A DNA stretch of 61,063 bases, taken from the IMG/VR virus record IMGVR_UViG_3300037418_000253, one strand, 5' to 3'. Positions 46,990 to 56,016 of this stretch are shown here, in pieces (the stretch's first letter is position 1; the number at the start of each line of letters is the position of its first letter). This DNA comes from an uncultured virus (IMG/VR IMGVR_UViG_3300037418_000253) (Duplodnaviria; Heunggongvirae; Uroviricota; Caudoviricetes). Below the pieces are notes generated by a model. The model did not search any database, was not told the DNA's origin, and saw only the letters and a program-made list of their open reading frames with translations. Made by a program: the position numbers and the translations under genes.

Positions 46990-47229
46990 TCAGTCCTCCA
47001 GGGTGCCAGTGTACACGAAAACGTCGATTACGCCTTCGCGCTTCTTAAAAATAAGCCGCCCAACTTCGAGCTGGGCGTTTTCCGACTCCTCAGAGTCTAG
47101 CACTTCCTTGGCCTTGGCGATAGCCCGCTCAAGGTCGTCCTCGTTGGGGACGACCATACCATAATCGAACTTCCATTCCCAGTTATTTACCAGGAACGTT
47201 GTCGCTAGGCTGTCTGCTAGGTCGCTCAA
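46990..47229 (-). CDS. Hypothetical protein
   Basis: Packed ORF. Confidence 0.7.
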   Translation of the reverse strand: MSDLADSLATTFLVNNWEWKFDYGMVVPNEDDLERAIAKAKEVLDSEESENAQLEVGRLIFKKREGVIDVFVYTGTLED

Positions 47230-47264
47230 ATATTCTCATCTCCAGTTCTTCCCATGTCAAGGGC

Positions 47265-47483
47265 TCAGAACGTGTCTCGTCGGATTCCGATTTGTCCGTG
47301 ACCAATTCCACCAGACTTCTCCTTGACCTCAACGCTCAATACATCGGCGGAGTTTTCAACAGAAGCCACCAGAGTGGCGATTCGACCGTACAGCTCCGTC
47401 ATGTTATCGGCATCAATCTTGAGCGTCAACACGACGGTCTTGCTTGTGGCCTTGGGATTCTCGGCCTTGGTTTCCTTAACCAT
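47265..47483 (-). CDS. Hypothetical protein
   Basis: RBS AAGGAGG. Confidence 0.7.
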   Translation of the reverse strand: MVKETKAENPKATSKTVVLTLKIDADNMTELYGRIATLVASVENSADVLSVEVKEKSGGIGHGQIGIRRDTF

Positions 47484-47539
47484 GGTTACCTCCTTATTAT
47501 ACCAAGCTTGCCGGGGCATATCAACACACCCCGGCGAAA

Positions 47540-48142
47540 TTATGCAGCAGCAGCGTCTATAAACTGCTTAATCGCCGTCAGGTTGGTCCGGAAATCCTTT
47601 TCCTTCTCAAGGTGTTCCAGGCCAGGACGACCACGACGCTGAAAATTCTTACAGTCGGCTGCCGTCCACGCTTCACTAACGATACCAAAAGTAAAGCGCA
47701 TGGGCAAGTAGCGGCCACCGCCGCGCTTCTCAAACTGATGATATCGCCTGTGCTCGGCAACGGCTAGACACTGGACCGCGTACAAAAACGTCTGCGGATG
47801 TAGGGTACTCTCCCAGTCCCCACGCTCCCAGGAATATTTCTCGGGGTCTGCACCAAAAACCACGGCTGCGTAGTCTGCCATCAACCGCTCCGCAGACTCG
47901 GAATCGAGCTGGTGCTTCTTCTCCATATCCAGAAAGATATCGTCATGCGTGAACTGGTGATTAACCCATCCGAGATTATCGTCGGAAACCATAACCACAA
48001 AGTCACCACCGGCCGGAACCGTATCGTGCTGGTGCCTCCCTGGCATGGCGAGGGTTACCGCATTATATGGAGCCATCGTAACGGCATGGTTCTTTCCGCC
48101 AGTCGCATACGGGATAAGGTCGTGTAGTTTCTCGAAGTTCAT
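47540..48142 (-). CDS. Hypothetical protein (200 aa)
   Basis: Long ORF, no recognised motif. Confidence 0.8.
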   Translation of the reverse strand: MNFEKLHDLIPYATGGKNHAVTMAPYNAVTLAMPGRHQHDTVPAGGDFVVMVSDDNLGWVNHQFTHDDIFLDMEKKHQLDSESAERLMADYAAVVFGADPEKYSWERGDWESTLHPQTFLYAVQCLAVAEHRRYHQFEKRGGGRYLPMRFTFGIVSEAWTAADCKNFQRRGRPGLEHLEKEKDFRTNLTAIKQFIDAAAA

Positions 48143-48212
48143 ATTATTCTCTCGTTCGGGCAACAAAAAAGCCCGGCGAACCGGGCTTAGCTTGCCCCGA
48201 AGGGCAAAAGGT

Positions 48213-48425
48213 CTAACTTATTTCCTTACCGGTAATCTTCTCCCAGCCCATAATCATAAAGCCGAGAATCAGAATGAACGGAACCAAAGCGCAGAGAACC
48301 GGCCACGCCACAAAGGCGAACAGCTCAATCTCGTTGTTCCAGAGGTTCTTGATAATCCAGGGTCCGGTCCAGAGAAAAGCCAGAATGGCGACAACAGCCC
48401 AGGCCCAGAACAGGAATTCGAGCAT
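48213..48425 (-). CDS. Membrane protein
   Basis: Two TM helices from MLEFLFW. Confidence 0.7.
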   Translation of the reverse strand: MLEFLFWAWAVVAILAFLWTGPWIIKNLWNNEIELFAFVAWPVLCALVPFILILGFMIMGWEKITGKEIS

Positions 48426-48426
48426 A

Positions 48427-48789
48427 TCAGCCCCACTTGTAGACGTAGGCGTCAGCGAAACCGCTGTCCACCATGAACTTATTAAAGCACTCTTCGGTAT
48501 CGGCGTCAAAAATCTCAGCCGTGTAACGGTCGTAACTACCAGGGTCAAGATATGTCTTGACGACTAGCTTACGTCCTGGCTTTGTGAACCAGGCATGAGC
48601 AGCATCCCTAGACACCCGCGCCTTTTCGAGCATATCGCCTCGCAGCTCAGGAGAGTTAATCCCCTCGGCTCGCAGAACAACCTCTCGATTGACGCGCATC
48701 CCCATATCCACAACGACTTTGAGTGTATCACCGTCGTGGTTGTACAGGAACTCCTTGACTCGGTACCAGTATAGATTATCAGTTAGCAC
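48427..48789 (-). CDS. Staphylococcal nuclease (SNase/thermonuclease)-like protein
   Basis: DGDTLKVVVDMG, LR..GINSPEL, SYDRY. Confidence 0.85.
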   Translation of the reverse strand: MLTDNLYWYRVKEFLYNHDGDTLKVVVDMGMRVNREVVLRAEGINSPELRGDMLEKARVSRDAAHAWFTKPGRKLVVKTYLDPGSYDRYTAEIFDADTEECFNKFMVDSGFADAYVYKWG

Positions 48790-48790
48790 G

Positions 48791-48863
48791 CTCCCCCGGC
48801 AGGGCTCGAACCTGCGTAGGCCGGATTCAAAGTCCGGTTGCCCGACCAACAGAGCACAGGGGA
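48791..48863 (-). tRNA. tRNA-Gln(TTG)
   Basis: CCGGA-CTTTGAA-TCCGG; U1-A72, G73. Confidence 0.88.
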
Positions 48864-48898
48864 CCGCCCTTTACGAAAGGGCTGTAAAATCTCACGAA

Positions 48899-49099
48899 TT
48901 ATTGTGACGGGAACAATGTGCGAATGCTGTTGCTAGCCATTTGCGCGGCCTCAGCCAAAGTATCTGCCGAGCCAGATTCAAGCAACTCCCACTGTTCTTC
49001 ACCATCAATTTCGAATTCTTGAGAAACGCCATATTCATACTTTCCGAACTCGTTCACGTAAATCTGAACGTCGAAACAGTATGCCTCAACCTCGTTCAT
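48899..49099 (-). CDS. Acidic hypothetical protein
   Basis: RBS GGAGG. Confidence 0.7.
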   Translation of the reverse strand: MNEVEAYCFDVQIYVNEFGKYEYGVSQEFEIDGEEQWELLESGSADTLAEAAQMASNSIRTLFPSQ

Positions 49100-49146
49100 T
49101 ACACCTCCAATAAAAAAGCCTCTGAGCCGAGACCCAGAGGCTAAAG

Positions 49147-49217
49147 AGCGAATGACCAGAATCGAACTGGCACTAAGAGAGTGGAAGTCTCTTGTTCTAC
49201 CATTAAACTACATTCGC
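49147..49217 (-). tRNA. tRNA-Gly(TCC)
   Basis: AGAGA-CTTCCAC-TCTCT. Confidence 0.93.
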
Positions 49218-49359
49218 AAACACATCAGGTTCTCACCCGATGTATCTATAGTAGCACGGATTATTCAGCCGTGTCAACTACAAGTTTTACAATTGATGCA
49301 TTGCAGAACGTACTTGCCGTTCACCCAGGTTGATATCAGGCAGGGTCGGCCGCAACACA

Positions 49360-49563
49360 TCAGAGGATAACCATTCGCTTGGAGTTATACACCATTGGTG
49401 GGCTAACCTTTCCGTCTTCCCAGCGCATCAGGAACTTAGGCTCTAGTGTCTCAACGGTGCCAATTCGAATATATCCGACTGATGCTCGGGAATATGAGAA
49501 GGCTACACCAACCCGGTCACCAACGGCAACCGGGCGGTCGATGCAATCTTTGAACTCGCTCAT
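49360..49563 (-). CDS. Hypothetical protein
   Basis: MSEFKDCIDRPVAVGDRV; resembles KDSKG..VEIGDKV of neighbour. Confidence 0.65.
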   Translation of the reverse strand: MSEFKDCIDRPVAVGDRVGVAFSYSRASVGYIRIGTVETLEPKFLMRWEDGKVSPPMVYNSKRMVIL

Positions 49564-50084
49564 TAAAGCTGACCAAGGGTAATCTTGCCGAACGAGGAAA
49601 GGAAGTTCATTGAGCCCTTCTGGATAACCAACATCCGGCCACCGTGGCTGTACCAACGAGTCGTGGTGTTCGGAAGACGAACCCATCGGTCACCATCGGT
49701 CCAAGCCCTCTCAGACTCAATCCGAAGCTGAACCTTGGTCTCGGTGTAGGAACGACCCCAGCGGGAATGCGTGGCTTCCTTAATATCGATAACCTCGCCA
49801 ACGGTAACCCCGCCGCCGAGCGGACCGTAAACAACCTTGTCGCCAATTTCGACCAGCGTTCCCTTGGAGTCCTTGAACTCGAACTCCTTGACCTCAACCT
49901 CGGACGCCTTGACAACCGCGTCATAGTCCCAGTAGCGGTGGTCCTGATTCTTCTTGTACGCCTTGAGGTCAAGAACCAGGAACTCCCCGCTCGCAGAAAC
50001 AACCTTGGCGGTCTTGCCGATAACGTCTTCGAGGTTTCCCTCGTAGCTGTCCTTGATGGTGACGTACTTACCGACGAGAGACAT
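49563..50084 (-). CDS. Hypothetical protein
   Basis: Long ORF. Confidence 0.75.
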   Translation of the reverse strand: MSLVGKYVTIKDSYEGNLEDVIGKTAKVVSASGEFLVLDLKAYKKNQDHRYWDYDAVVKASEVEVKEFEFKDSKGTLVEIGDKVVYGPLGGGVTVGEVIDIKEATHSRWGRSYTETKVQLRIESERAWTDGDRWVRLPNTTTRWYSHGGRMLVIQKGSMNFLSSFGKITLGQL

Positions 50085-50166
50085 TCTGTTTTCCAATCAT
50101 CTTGGGGATATTGCGAAAAAGAAACGGACGGTGCGGCATTTCCTTTCAGAAACCCGGCGCGTCCGT

Positions 50167-50382
50167 TCAAGAGCTTGTGGGCTCAGGGAAAACACATTCC
50201 CGGTGAATCCATTCCCTGTCGCTTTTGGCGACACAGGCTTTCATTCGCTCGGTCTCGTTGCTCTCCGATATCCAGCCTACCATGAGAAACATAAGGAAAA
50301 GCCCGCCGATTACACCAAGAAGAATCTTGATTACCCAGCGGGCTTCAATTAGAGCTGACTTCGGTGTTACTCGTGTTGCCAT
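50167..50382 (-). CDS. Small membrane protein
   Basis: TM helix, C..W...C tail. Confidence 0.6.
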   Translation of the reverse strand: MATRVTPKSALIEARWVIKILLGVIGGLFLMFLMVGWISESNETERMKACVAKSDREWIHRECVFPEPTSS

Positions 50383-50455
50383 GGTCCCGTGGACGAGAAT
50401 TGAACTCGCGATTAAACCTTGGCAAGGTTTCGTGTTACCCCTACACTACCACGGA
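50382..50455 (-). tRNA. tRNA-Gly(GCC), atypical acceptor stem
   Basis: AAACC-TTGCCAA-GGTTT; encoded CCA. Confidence 0.88.
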
Positions 50456-50506
50456 TTGGGCGGTTCTCTCAGGTACCTCAACCAAGCGGTACGCCCCACC
50501 TCTTCG

Positions 50507-50579
50507 TACCCCGGACGGGAATCGAACCCGCGAAAATTAGGGGTGAAAACCCTAACTGCATTCCATCGTACACCGGGGC
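50507..50579 (-). tRNA. tRNA-Glu(TTC)
   Basis: TAGGG-TTTTCAC-CCCTA; GGTTCGA. Confidence 0.8.
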
Positions 50580-50586
50580 ATTGTGC

Positions 50587-50886
50587 TTAGTGTTTCATAA
50601 CCATCTTAGGCATTCCAAAGGACATTTCCATCAGCGGTCCTTGCTTGACAAGGAGGGATACACCAGCAAACGAGCCGGTCTCCTCGAAAGGGTCTGTCCA
50701 AGTCTCCACTGGCATTCCGCTGGGGTAGCCCTTAAAATTCATCATCTCTGCTAGCGTCACACAAGTTCCGGATGGGACCGAATTGACCCACTCCTTTATG
50801 TGAGCCGCGAGCTTAGAGGATAGGTCGGGGTGGTGGTCGTAGACGGTTTCCTTGGAAACAATAATGTAACCGGGCATCTTGTCCAT
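50587..50886 (-). CDS. Hypothetical protein
   Basis: ORF between tRNAs. Confidence 0.65.
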   Translation of the reverse strand: MDKMPGYIIVSKETVYDHHPDLSSKLAAHIKEWVNSVPSGTCVTLAEMMNFKGYPSGMPVETWTDPFEETGSFAGVSLLVKQGPLMEMSFGMPKMVMKH

Positions 50887-50914
50887 GACATTTCCCTACT
50901 ATTTGAAGAAGACG

Positions 50915-50985
50915 TACCGCTACGGAGAGTTGAACTCCGACTACTAGATTGAGAGTCTAGCGTACTACCCTTATACGATAGCGGC
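50915..50985 (-). tRNA. tRNA-Glu(CTC)
   Basis: CTAGA-CTCTCAA-TCTAG. Confidence 0.9.
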
Positions 50986-51054
50986 TCGTGCTAATCCTTT
51001 GAGGCGATTAGCTCTCCTTCTTGATTCAAATATAGCACGGCTGGACAATCACTG

Positions 51055-51345
51055 TCAAGCAGGCTGTTCCCCGCCTGGCAGCGGTTCGGTTGGCTGAACA
51101 TCCGGAGCCTGTCCTGGCTGTCGTCCAAGAAACTGTATCTGAACCGTTCCGTCAGCGGAAGCCGGGATATATTCACCAATCTTTGTCTTACCTGCATCTA
51201 GGTAAATCTGGGCCTCTAGAACATCGTATGGCTGGTCCATTGGGTCAGTCACCTCATACTCTAGGGGCTTGTAGTTAACGAACTGCACTATGATGTTGTT
51301 AGTAGCATTGTCATAGTAGAAGGAACTAATCTGATAATACGCCAT
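51055..51345 (-). CDS. Hypothetical protein
   Basis: RBS AAGGGGG. Confidence 0.7.
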   Translation of the reverse strand: MAYYQISSFYYDNATNNIIVQFVNYKPLEYEVTDPMDQPYDVLEAQIYLDAGKTKIGEYIPASADGTVQIQFLGRQPGQAPDVQPTEPLPGGEQPA

Positions 51346-51381
51346 GAGTCACCCCCTTTCATTGACCATGATAGCACATGG

Positions 51382-51693
51382 TCAGCTATTTTCGGAATCC
51401 GGTTTTAGCTGGTTCCTATTTACATGTCGCATAGCTTCTGCCAGGTCTCCCTTGGCCTTCATAAACTCTTCCATGAGTTCGTAATACTTGCCTCGCCACA
51501 GGTCAAGCTGCTCCTCTACTGTTCGCAATTCTTCGCGAAGGTTGCGGACTTCTTCGCGCAACTCTGTGCGCATAGCCGCCGCTGAATCGTCCTGTGTCTT
51601 CGACCGATTCAGCCAATACTCAATGACCTTTAGTCCGGAGCCACCGAGAAGCGCTGCAAACAAAGCGAGCCACGCCTGATTAATCTCCGGCAT
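51382..51693 (-). CDS. Membrane-anchored coiled-coil protein (possible holin-associated)
   Basis: N-terminal TM (ALLGGSGL) + long coiled coil. Confidence 0.7.
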   Translation of the reverse strand: MPEINQAWLALFAALLGGSGLKVIEYWLNRSKTQDDSAAAMRTELREEVRNLREELRTVEEQLDLWRGKYYELMEEFMKAKGDLAEAMRHVNRNQLKPDSENS

Positions 51694-52105
51694 TGTGGCT
51701 CACCTCCCATTTCAGTCTTAGGTACACCACAGCGGCAATTATTGCCAGAGCATATGTAGAAACCCAGTTTACCTTTTGTAGACCGAAAAGGATTAGAGAC
51801 GACGTTCCGTAGAACAGGTAGAGGGTGAACATAAAGAACATGCCCCCGCGACGAATCACCTCCTGCTTCGCAGGCTTTCGAAGAAGGCCGTAAAGATGAA
51901 TTACTGCTACTGCGGCTTGGGTGCATCCAATTACCTGGGGAATTGTAACGTCCCCATGCAGAATCATTGAACTTGCTGAGGAGCTAGGCTTGAAGAAGGG
52001 CGACACTAGCCATAGGCCGTGAAGGAGCATGGTCAGGGATAGGATACCCTCAACCACATCCATCGGACGTACGGCCGTCCTCCTTACAAATCCAACTCTG
52101 AACAT
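51680..52105 (-). CDS. Four-TM membrane protein (possible holin)
   Basis: Four hydrophobic helices; TATACT 6 nt above ATG. Confidence 0.65.
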   Translation of the reverse strand: MFRVGFVRRTAVRPMDVVEGILSLTMLLHGLWLVSPFFKPSSSASSMILHGDVTIPQVIGCTQAAVAVIHLYGLLRKPAKQEVIRRGGMFFMFTLYLFYGTSSLILFGLQKVNWVSTYALAIIAAVVYLRLKWEVSHNAGD

Positions 52106-52216
52106 GCCTCAAGTATAACCGGCGCCACATTAAAAGTCCAGCTACTACCCAGAGTGACGGATTTGTAAACATATTCACAAAAAGCTTTAGGGTGGTCTAA
52201 TGACCACCCTAAGAAT

Positions 52217-52456
52217 TCAGACAATCAGTTCACTTGCCAGAATCGGATTGCTCTCGGCATTGTGATACCGATTATTTCGAATATATTCAGCGACCTTCGC
52301 GGGACCCTGCGCCCTTCCAACCAGAATGATGAGGTAGCGTGGCTCCATTTTCCTCTTTACGCAGTCGGTGCAGAGAAATAGAGGCACATTCGCCATCAAC
52401 TTGGACTTGCGAGCGCTGAGTTCATTTCGCTGTTTACCGCAGGAACTACAGACCAT
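52217..52456 (-). CDS. Zn-finger hypothetical protein
   Basis: CSSCG...CTDC...EPR. Confidence 0.75.
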   Translation of the reverse strand: MVCSSCGKQRNELSARKSKLMANVPLFLCTDCVKRKMEPRYLIILVGRAQGPAKVAEYIRNNRYHNAESNPILASELIV

Positions 52457-52656
52457 TAATCTTCCTCGTATTCCGTCAGAGTGTCCAGCGTCAGGAATTC
52501 ATCATTCCCGACGTAAACACCATCGTATTCAATTCCACCGGCCGCGTACCGAACCTTCGAGGCAAAGGCTCCCTCGCTAATCAGTACGCCATACACACCA
52601 TCATCAATGATGTAGATGAGCGGGTAGATTTCCCTATCGTCTTCCAGGCGGTGCAT
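52456..52656 (-). CDS. Acidic hypothetical protein
   Basis: Coupled ORF; start uncertain. Confidence 0.6.
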   Translation of the reverse strand: MHRLEDDREIYPLIYIIDDGVYGVLISEGAFASKVRYAAGGIEYDGVYVGNDEFLTLDTLTEYEED

Positions 52657-52885
52657 CGGTGACTCCCATAATGTGGCAGTTGACTTCGGACCTAATTGCA
52701 TCTCTAAGTTGATAGAGATATTCAGCAGCCGCCAATTTCTGAGGCTCGCTGAAAGACTCGACATTGTCCTTGTAAACACGCAATGCAAGGAAGTCTGGAT
52801 ACTCTACAGCATCCACGATGAATCCAGGGACCGGGCACTTCATCGTCTTGAAGATTTTCTGGACCGCAAGAGTATATTTACTCAC
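52634..52885 (-). CDS. Hypothetical protein
   Basis: GTGA overlap with whiB. Confidence 0.75.
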   Translation of the reverse strand: MSKYTLAVQKIFKTMKCPVPGFIVDAVEYPDFLALRVYKDNVESFSEPQKLAAAEYLYQLRDAIRSEVNCHIMGVTDAPPGRR

Positions 52886-53190
52886 ATTACCCTCTTACGG
52901 ATTTCTACCCAGACCTCTTCGGTCTTGTGGGAATTCCGGTTCTTGTCTGGCTTACCAGCACCATTCCAGTATACCCCGCCCCAGGTTCCGTACTCACCAT
53001 CAGACCCGGCGAAAAAACATTGTCTCATGACCGGACACCGTAGGCAAGCCTGGTCGGTAGCCTTTGCTGTCTCGCTGTCTGACTCGTACTTGTCATAGAA
53101 CAGCTCGGTTGGCATGTTAGCGCACAGAGCCAGGTCTTGCCACTCAAAATTATCCGGGTCGATACCTAGTTCATCGAGAAGACTTGACAC
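52882..53190 (-). CDS. whiB: WhiB-family Fe-S transcription factor
   Basis: WQDLALC...LFY...CLRCPVMRQC...YGTWGG. Confidence 0.92.
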   Translation of the reverse strand: MSSLLDELGIDPDNFEWQDLALCANMPTELFYDKYESDSETAKATDQACLRCPVMRQCFFAGSDGEYGTWGGVYWNGAGKPDKNRNSHKTEEVWVEIRKRVM

Positions 53191-53410
53191 TCTTGAATGG
53201 GACCTTCCATGTACCGTCGTTGCCGACGACAACGCGAGTCTCCATTCCCCAACGACCGTTACGGAAAGCGCCGCGCTTGTTTGTAAAACCGTAATGGGTG
53301 GGCTTCCAGATAACAATATCGTAGCCATCCCAACGGATATCCGAGCCCATTCGACGCTGGTCGTTCACAAACTTGTGAGCGCTCTTGAAATCGAGAGTGA
53401 GTCGAGACAT
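53171..53410 (-). CDS. Hypothetical protein
   Basis: Below TTGACA-N18-TAACAT promoter. Confidence 0.75.
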   Translation of the reverse strand: MSRLTLDFKSAHKFVNDQRRMGSDIRWDGYDIVIWKPTHYGFTNKRGAFRNGRWGMETRVVVGNDGTWKVPFKSVKSSR

Positions 53411-53550
53411 AAGTAAATAAACCCTTCTAGTTGCTTAATCTGCCTTGTACAACTATGTTAACATTTCGCAATAGCTAATGTCAACACAAAAGCTAAGGGC
53501 CGAAGAAATTCTTTCGAAAATCTTCGGCCCTAGGGCTTTAAAATTAAGGC

Positions 53551-53979
53551 TTACTTGCCAGATGCCTTGCGAGCTGGCTTAGCCTCGGCTACAGCCTTCT
53601 CGTTCTCATCAGTCTTGACTGCGGTATCCGTAGATACTACGCCCGAGTTATCGGTTCCACCAACCTGACGACGGAAAGCAGCATCGCTGAATTCACGACC
53701 ACCCTCACGGGCACGACGCTCCTTTAGGGTCTCAACGTCTGGGCGAGACTCGTAATTGTGCATCGCCTCCTCGTATCCGATAAAAGCGGCATCAGCTACA
53801 CCAGCCTCACGAGCACGCTCCTTTGCATCCTCTACATCAACCGGGCCAACCTCCGCAACTACGTCATGCGCAGTGCGTGGATTGTACTCAGCCTTTGCAG
53901 CCTCTTCATCGGAACGCTTCAAAGCCTCGCGACGCTCATCGGCGGTTAGTAGGCGAGCCTCATTCTTCTCTTCTGCCAT
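53551..53979 (-). CDS. Charged hypothetical protein
   Basis: RBS AGGAGG; own promoter and terminator. Confidence 0.8.
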   Translation of the reverse strand: MAEEKNEARLLTADERREALKRSDEEAAKAEYNPRTAHDVVAEVGPVDVEDAKERAREAGVADAAFIGYEEAMHNYESRPDVETLKERRAREGGREFSDAAFRRQVGGTDNSGVVSTDTAVKTDENEKAVAEAKPARKASGK

Positions 53980-54067
53980 TTGTTTTACACCTCCTTAGAT
54001 TGTCAGCGAGTCGAAACTTGCCAACGTATATCTAATTATAACACGGCATTTAATTCTAAGGCAAAAC

Positions 54068-54823
54068 TCAGGTCAGATGAGTCTTTCCGTTAGCTGCCGT
54101 TACCTCATTTGTCTCGGTGTCCAGAATAACATGACTCCAGAACTGGTAATCCCGGTCAAGCCCATACACCATGGAATAACCTCCCTGATGCATAAAGCTG
54201 TATTGCATCCACTTGTGGTAATGACCATGGAACCAAGCAGTCGGCTGAACAACCCGCCCGATTCGGTCCATGAGCTGACGATGCCGTTGCGAATCAATAT
54301 CCGGCTTAAGGTCACCCATCGGCACACAGGTCGGAGCGTCATGAGTGAACAGGTAATCCGAGGTCCGGCCAGCCTGCTCCAGACCATAGACAACCGGCTC
54401 GGGGATGGCCTCCTGGAGCCACAGGCTTTTGCCTACGGTCCTCCAATTTTTATCGATGGAGACAGCCCCACCCACCGCCTGGAACCATTTCCCGTCCCAC
54501 GACCAGCGATTAACTCGACCGGTGTACAGAATGTGCGAACGGATATGAACATGCCCACTGCTGTTCTTCGGCATGTTCTTTTGGTACCAGTCCAGGTGGT
54601 CCCAATTCTCGTGGTTTCCTCCGAGGAACGTGAGCTGGATTCCAGTCTCTCGCAGAGCCTCGTTCGTCCAGTCAAGGAAGCGAATGCCATCCTCTTCGTG
54701 GTCCCACAGCCCGAAGTCGCCAACCTGAACAATCCTCTTAATCCCGCGCTTTTTGGCCCAGTAAATCTTATCGCGCAGCCATTGTCCTTGACCGTGGGAA
54801 TCTCCCAGAATCAGCAACTTCAC
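54068..54823 (-). CDS. Calcineurin-like metallophosphoesterase
   Basis: GDSHG, VGDFG, GNHE, GGAVSID, THDAP, HGHYH. Confidence 0.92.
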   Translation of the reverse strand: MKLLILGDSHGQGQWLRDKIYWAKKRGIKRIVQVGDFGLWDHEEDGIRFLDWTNEALRETGIQLTFLGGNHENWDHLDWYQKNMPKNSSGHVHIRSHILYTGRVNRWSWDGKWFQAVGGAVSIDKNWRTVGKSLWLQEAIPEPVVYGLEQAGRTSDYLFTHDAPTCVPMGDLKPDIDSQRHRQLMDRIGRVVQPTAWFHGHYHKWMQYSFMHQGGYSMVYGLDRDYQFWSHVILDTETNEVTAANGKTHLT

Positions 54824-54882
54824 ATTTCCTCCTCCGAGTATACTGATAAAAAAAGCTTGGCCCCCCGAAGGGGCCGTAAGGC

Positions 54883-55962
54883 TTACTTGTTCCAAGGAGC
54901 CTCAGGGTCGTTGTGGTCGAACCAACCCTTGTCGTAAACATACGACATATTCATGGCCTTGGTGTAGGGAGTTTCCTCCCGCTCCGGGCACTCGCAAGGA
55001 AAAGCGTCACAAGCCTCGCAGCATTCGCAGTTTTCCTCACGCTCACCGCACTCGTCGCAGTCCAGGCACTCTTCATCGTAGCAGTACGCGGAGCCACACT
55101 CAGGGCAGCACTCGCAATCGACGTAACCGCAGTTGTAGCAGGAGTCCTCGTCGTCATCCTCGTCGTCAAAGCTGACAACCGGGGCCTCGTACTTAACCTC
55201 GGTGACCTCCTTGACGACGTAACGGCAAACCCGCAACTTCTGGTCCTGACAGTCAGTCGGAACAGAAACAACGTCACGAGGATTAATAACCACGGTCAGT
55301 ACCGCACCCTGAGCAAAGTTACTCGCGTAACCCCACGTACCAGCGTGCAGACCGGTGTGACAGCCGACCGAAGGGTCAAACTGAACATCACCACGAGGCA
55401 TTTCAACAACCGCGCCCAGCGGGTTAGGAATAGCACCATTGTACTCGACGCCATTAGAAACCGCTCGACCGTGCGAAATGCTGTCGTACTTGTGGTCGGC
55501 CTCTACGACCTTAACGCCCTTGTATGCGATGAAGTCACCCTCATCCGTAATGGTGAAGTCGTAACGGGCCAGCCAGCGGTAAAGCTGTTCCCTGCTGTGC
55601 CCGTTCGGGTTCGTCATTACCTTCTCGAAGAACTTAACCAGAGGGTTGAAGTCCTCTACGCCTCCGTCGATAAAACGGAGAACCTGAGAAGTAAGCGCGT
55701 TGTCCACCTCTTCACCGTCGAAGTAAATCCGGCCGTTAGAAACAGTAACCCGCTCGGAAAGCCGGTCGAATCGCTTCTCAGCGGTCTTGCTTACATCGAA
55801 CAGGTCAACCACGCTCTCGTCTCCCTCAGCGACCTTTACGAGAATCGCCGTGAAATTCGGGTGCGTGTCAGTGGCAACGTACATTTCGCCACCGACGAAA
55901 ACCGTCAGGTTTGCCTCGTCGGAGTCCTGGAACTTGACCAGATTGTACTTAATTTTAACCAC
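54883..55962 (-). CDS. rIIB: rIIB-like protein with Cys-rich acidic C-terminal tail
   Basis: NP..SREQLY.WL..ITDEGDFIAYKGV, VEMPR..V..DP..GC..GLH, NPRDVVSVP, KLRVCRY. Confidence 0.9.
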   Translation of the reverse strand: MVKIKYNLVKFQDSDEANLTVFVGGEMYVATDTHPNFTAILVKVAEGDESVVDLFDVSKTAEKRFDRLSERVTVSNGRIYFDGEEVDNALTSQVLRFIDGGVEDFNPLVKFFEKVMTNPNGHSREQLYRWLARYDFTITDEGDFIAYKGVKVVEADHKYDSISHGRAVSNGVEYNGAIPNPLGAVVEMPRGDVQFDPSVGCHTGLHAGTWGYASNFAQGAVLTVVINPRDVVSVPTDCQDQKLRVCRYVVKEVTEVKYEAPVVSFDDEDDDEDSCYNCGYVDCECCPECGSAYCYDEECLDCDECGEREENCECCEACDAFPCECPEREETPYTKAMNMSYVYDKGWFDHNDPEAPWNK

Positions 55963-56016
55963 TCCAAAATTCGAACTTGATGGGAAGCTTGGCCCCTTGC
56001 GGGGCCACCCCGTATG

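Larger units (their letters stand above)
21501..48903 (+). repeat. Dispersed polar motif TTTACGA-N13-15-CTCAGGA-TTTT (about 9 copies)
   Basis: Copies near 21501, 21556, 28779, 29610, 30361, 37231, 40105, 45952, 48868. Confidence 0.85.
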
